From Candidatus Omnitrophota bacterium (GTDB lineage: Bacteria; Omnitrophota; Gorgyraeia; Gygaellales; Profunditerraquicolaceae), in NCBI GenBank assembly GCA_041651115.1, contig JBAZJY010000004.1, forward strand, positions 14,114 to 78,113: a stretch of 64,000 nt of DNA. The letters run 5' to 3'. Position 1 is the stretch's first letter. Each line of letters starts with the position of its first letter. The notes below the pieces were generated by a model. That model ran no database searches and was not told the DNA's origin. It saw only the letters and a list, made by a program, of their open reading frames with translations. Below, in pieces: positions 24,401 through 27,400 of this stretch. A program made the translations under genes and the position numbers.

Positions 24401-27400
24401 AATATAACCCTACTGGAAATGAAAAAACTTCTGTTAGGATGAGCGGGAAGATCCTGGTTAAAGAATTCACCAGTTTATTTGATACGGCTGATGCCGCAGT
24501 TTTTTTTGAGATTCTTGAGTCCGGATATTATCTGGGCTCACTCGGGGAAAGAGGCTTTATTTGCCAGGAGAGGCCTTTATATTATGAAGATGACCTGCTG
24601 TTCAGCGTTGAACAAGACAAACAGGACCGTAGTATTTTTACTCTTCAATTGCGCCTGCCTAATGGCGGCCGAATTAGTTCCCCGCTTTCTTTTGGGGCAG
24701 CGGCGCTTATATTCTGGTGTGCCTGTACGGCGATGGTGGTCCTTATTATTAATATTTCTTGTAACAATCCCCGTAAAGAAGCCAGAGTTCCGATACAGCC
24801 GGTAAAGAAAAAAGATGATGTTGAAGAGGCGCCGGCATTAGCTGCGGCAATATTCATCCTGGAAGGAGTTATTGCTGACACTAAACGGCTATACCGTAAA
24901 GCCTGGGAAGAGATGCTGGGTAAAAAAAGGGCAGGCTTGGTTACGGGGCTTAGCGACACAAAAATATCCGATGTTTATTCTAAGATCGCCCAGATTAAAA
25001 TACTGAATATTAATATTGATGATATGGAGTTCCTTTGCAGATTAGATAATTTAATTGATGAGAGAAGGTCTTGGGTTAAGCCTTACCAAGACGCTGTGGA
25101 TTTAATCAGGGATTTTAAAATCAGAAAGGTCAAATGCGGGGTGGCTTCGGAGGGAGGCTCGGCGCATAAAATACTGGAAAAACTCAAGGTTGCAAAGTTT
25201 ATAAATACAACCGTTACTGCCCGGGAGACTCTTCGTCCAGATTTGGTCCTGGCTGCTGCCAGAGAAATGGAGGCGCCTTTTGAAAAGACAGTAGTCATCA
25301 GTGATAATCCCATAGACATCCATGCAGGCAGAAAATACGGCTTTGGGCTTTTAGTCGGTGTTAACCGCAAGGGAATTTTTTACAAGAAGACGTTTTTGCG
25401 CAGCGGCGCAGACCTGGTCCTTAACGATCTTTCTTCCATGTCCACCATCAGCCTCGGCTATGAATTGAACCATAAGGTTAAGGCGGATAAATCCCGCCGT
25501 ATAGTTAGCTCACCGATTAGAAATTATAACCGCAGGGATTTTATCGGTTTATCTGTTATGGGCGCTTTAGGATTTATATTTGGAAGGCAGATGCGCGCTG
25601 CGGGTTATGGCCTTAAGGAAGAGATGTTCAGCTTGCCCAACCAGAAGAAGACCTACCTTTCTTATTTAAGCAAGCTGGCTTTTAAACAGTTAGATTTTGG
25701 CAGCGATGATGATTTTAACCGGCTGCAGTCATGGAGAATAGATCAGGAAAAATTATACAACTCCTATTTTATGTCCAATGCTCCAGAACCCGTAAGGCAA
25801 AGCATAAAAAATCTATCCTGGTTTTTCCCGGAAAATAACCCCGGTTATTATTCTGAGAAATCATATCAGCCGGGCACCGACCACCAGGCTTACGATATAT
25901 TTATTGATGAGAATATGCCGATTTCAGCTTTTTGCGGCGGTGTAGTCGTCACCGCCCTTGATGGCTGGCGTTATGAAAACAAAATATGGGTTGAAGGTAC
26001 TGGCCTTGGACAGAGGGCAGGCAATGGCGTCCTTATATATAATCCCATTATTAAAAGCTATACCTATTATGCGCACTTGAACAGGATAGATGTCGCGGCC
26101 GGAGATATAATTAACGCTTCATTCCCGATAGGCTTGATAGGTCAGACCGGGATCAATGCCCGCAGGAAACAGCCGCATCTACATTTTGAATATAAAGCAA
26201 TGCGGGGCAGGAAGCTGGTCTCCTTACGGTTTAATGAAATAGACGGAGCCGGTTTTACATCTGCTTTTAGAATCGGCAGCTCGCCGGTGGTATTCAAGTT
26301 TATGCCGCAGAAATCCTTAAAGAGCGGAGAGAAAGTTCATCTGGCCGGCGATTTTAATAATTGGAATCCCGATGAGTATAAGATGGTCTTTAATCCTGAT
26401 GATGGCCTGTGGGAGAAATCACTGGATATAGCCCCGGGAATTTACGAATATAAATATTTTATAGACGGACAATGGATTTCTTATCCCGAAGATATTTTTA
26501 ATCCTCGCAGGATAGAACTGGACTGGCATAAGAATTACTGGATAGAGGTAAGCGCTCAGCTTGATGAGCAAGAGGAGCCAGGCGCATATTTTGACCGCCG
26601 GGAACTGGGAATACCCCAAGAATATAGCAAAGAAGGGAATCTTTGGGGATTTTTTAACGAGCGGATGTTCGACAGTGGAATCGGCCACCCGCTTCATAAA
26701 TTTGGTTTATCCAAAGCGAAGGTTTGTGTTGATGCGGGATGTGGGACAGGTTATCAATTCATGCATATAATCAGGTGGTTTTGTCCCGAGACTCTTTACG
26801 CCGTAGAACTGGATAAGACGCGCCTTAAACAGGCAGAGCGCTGGCGTAAGTGGAGCAGCAAAACGAAAATGGTATTTCTGAATAAAGATATTTCCAGGTC
26901 ATTCCTGCCTAAGGGTGTTTTAGCCGATTTAATTATCTGTTCCCACGTTATTCAGCATGTCCCTACAGATATTGCCCTGGGGATCATTAAGACATTAGTT
27001 AATTCATTGCGCCCGCGGGGGATCCTGGTTATTTTAGCCGCGCATTCAACCAGCAGGCAGGATAATTATGTAGTGACATTTCCCGGCAAATCGTTTGCTT
27101 ATTTTACGCTGCCCGGAGTTAGTGAAGAATTTTTTAATCAGGTTGTCAGCAGTAAAATTGACAACTCAGGAATGCTTCCCACGCACCGGTTTCCTTATTT
27201 TTCTCTTAAAGGAATGTTTGAACAGACCGGTTTGGAAGTGTTATCTTTCGATACATACCATAGCGAAGGCCAATACGGGACACCTTCTGAACATAGGTTC
27301 GTTTATGGGATTGACCGATGGAGTAATGAAGAAAAGGATGCGCACGGTATGGATCTGGTGATGATCGGCAAAAAAATATCCAGCTCGCCGGTTAATCTTA

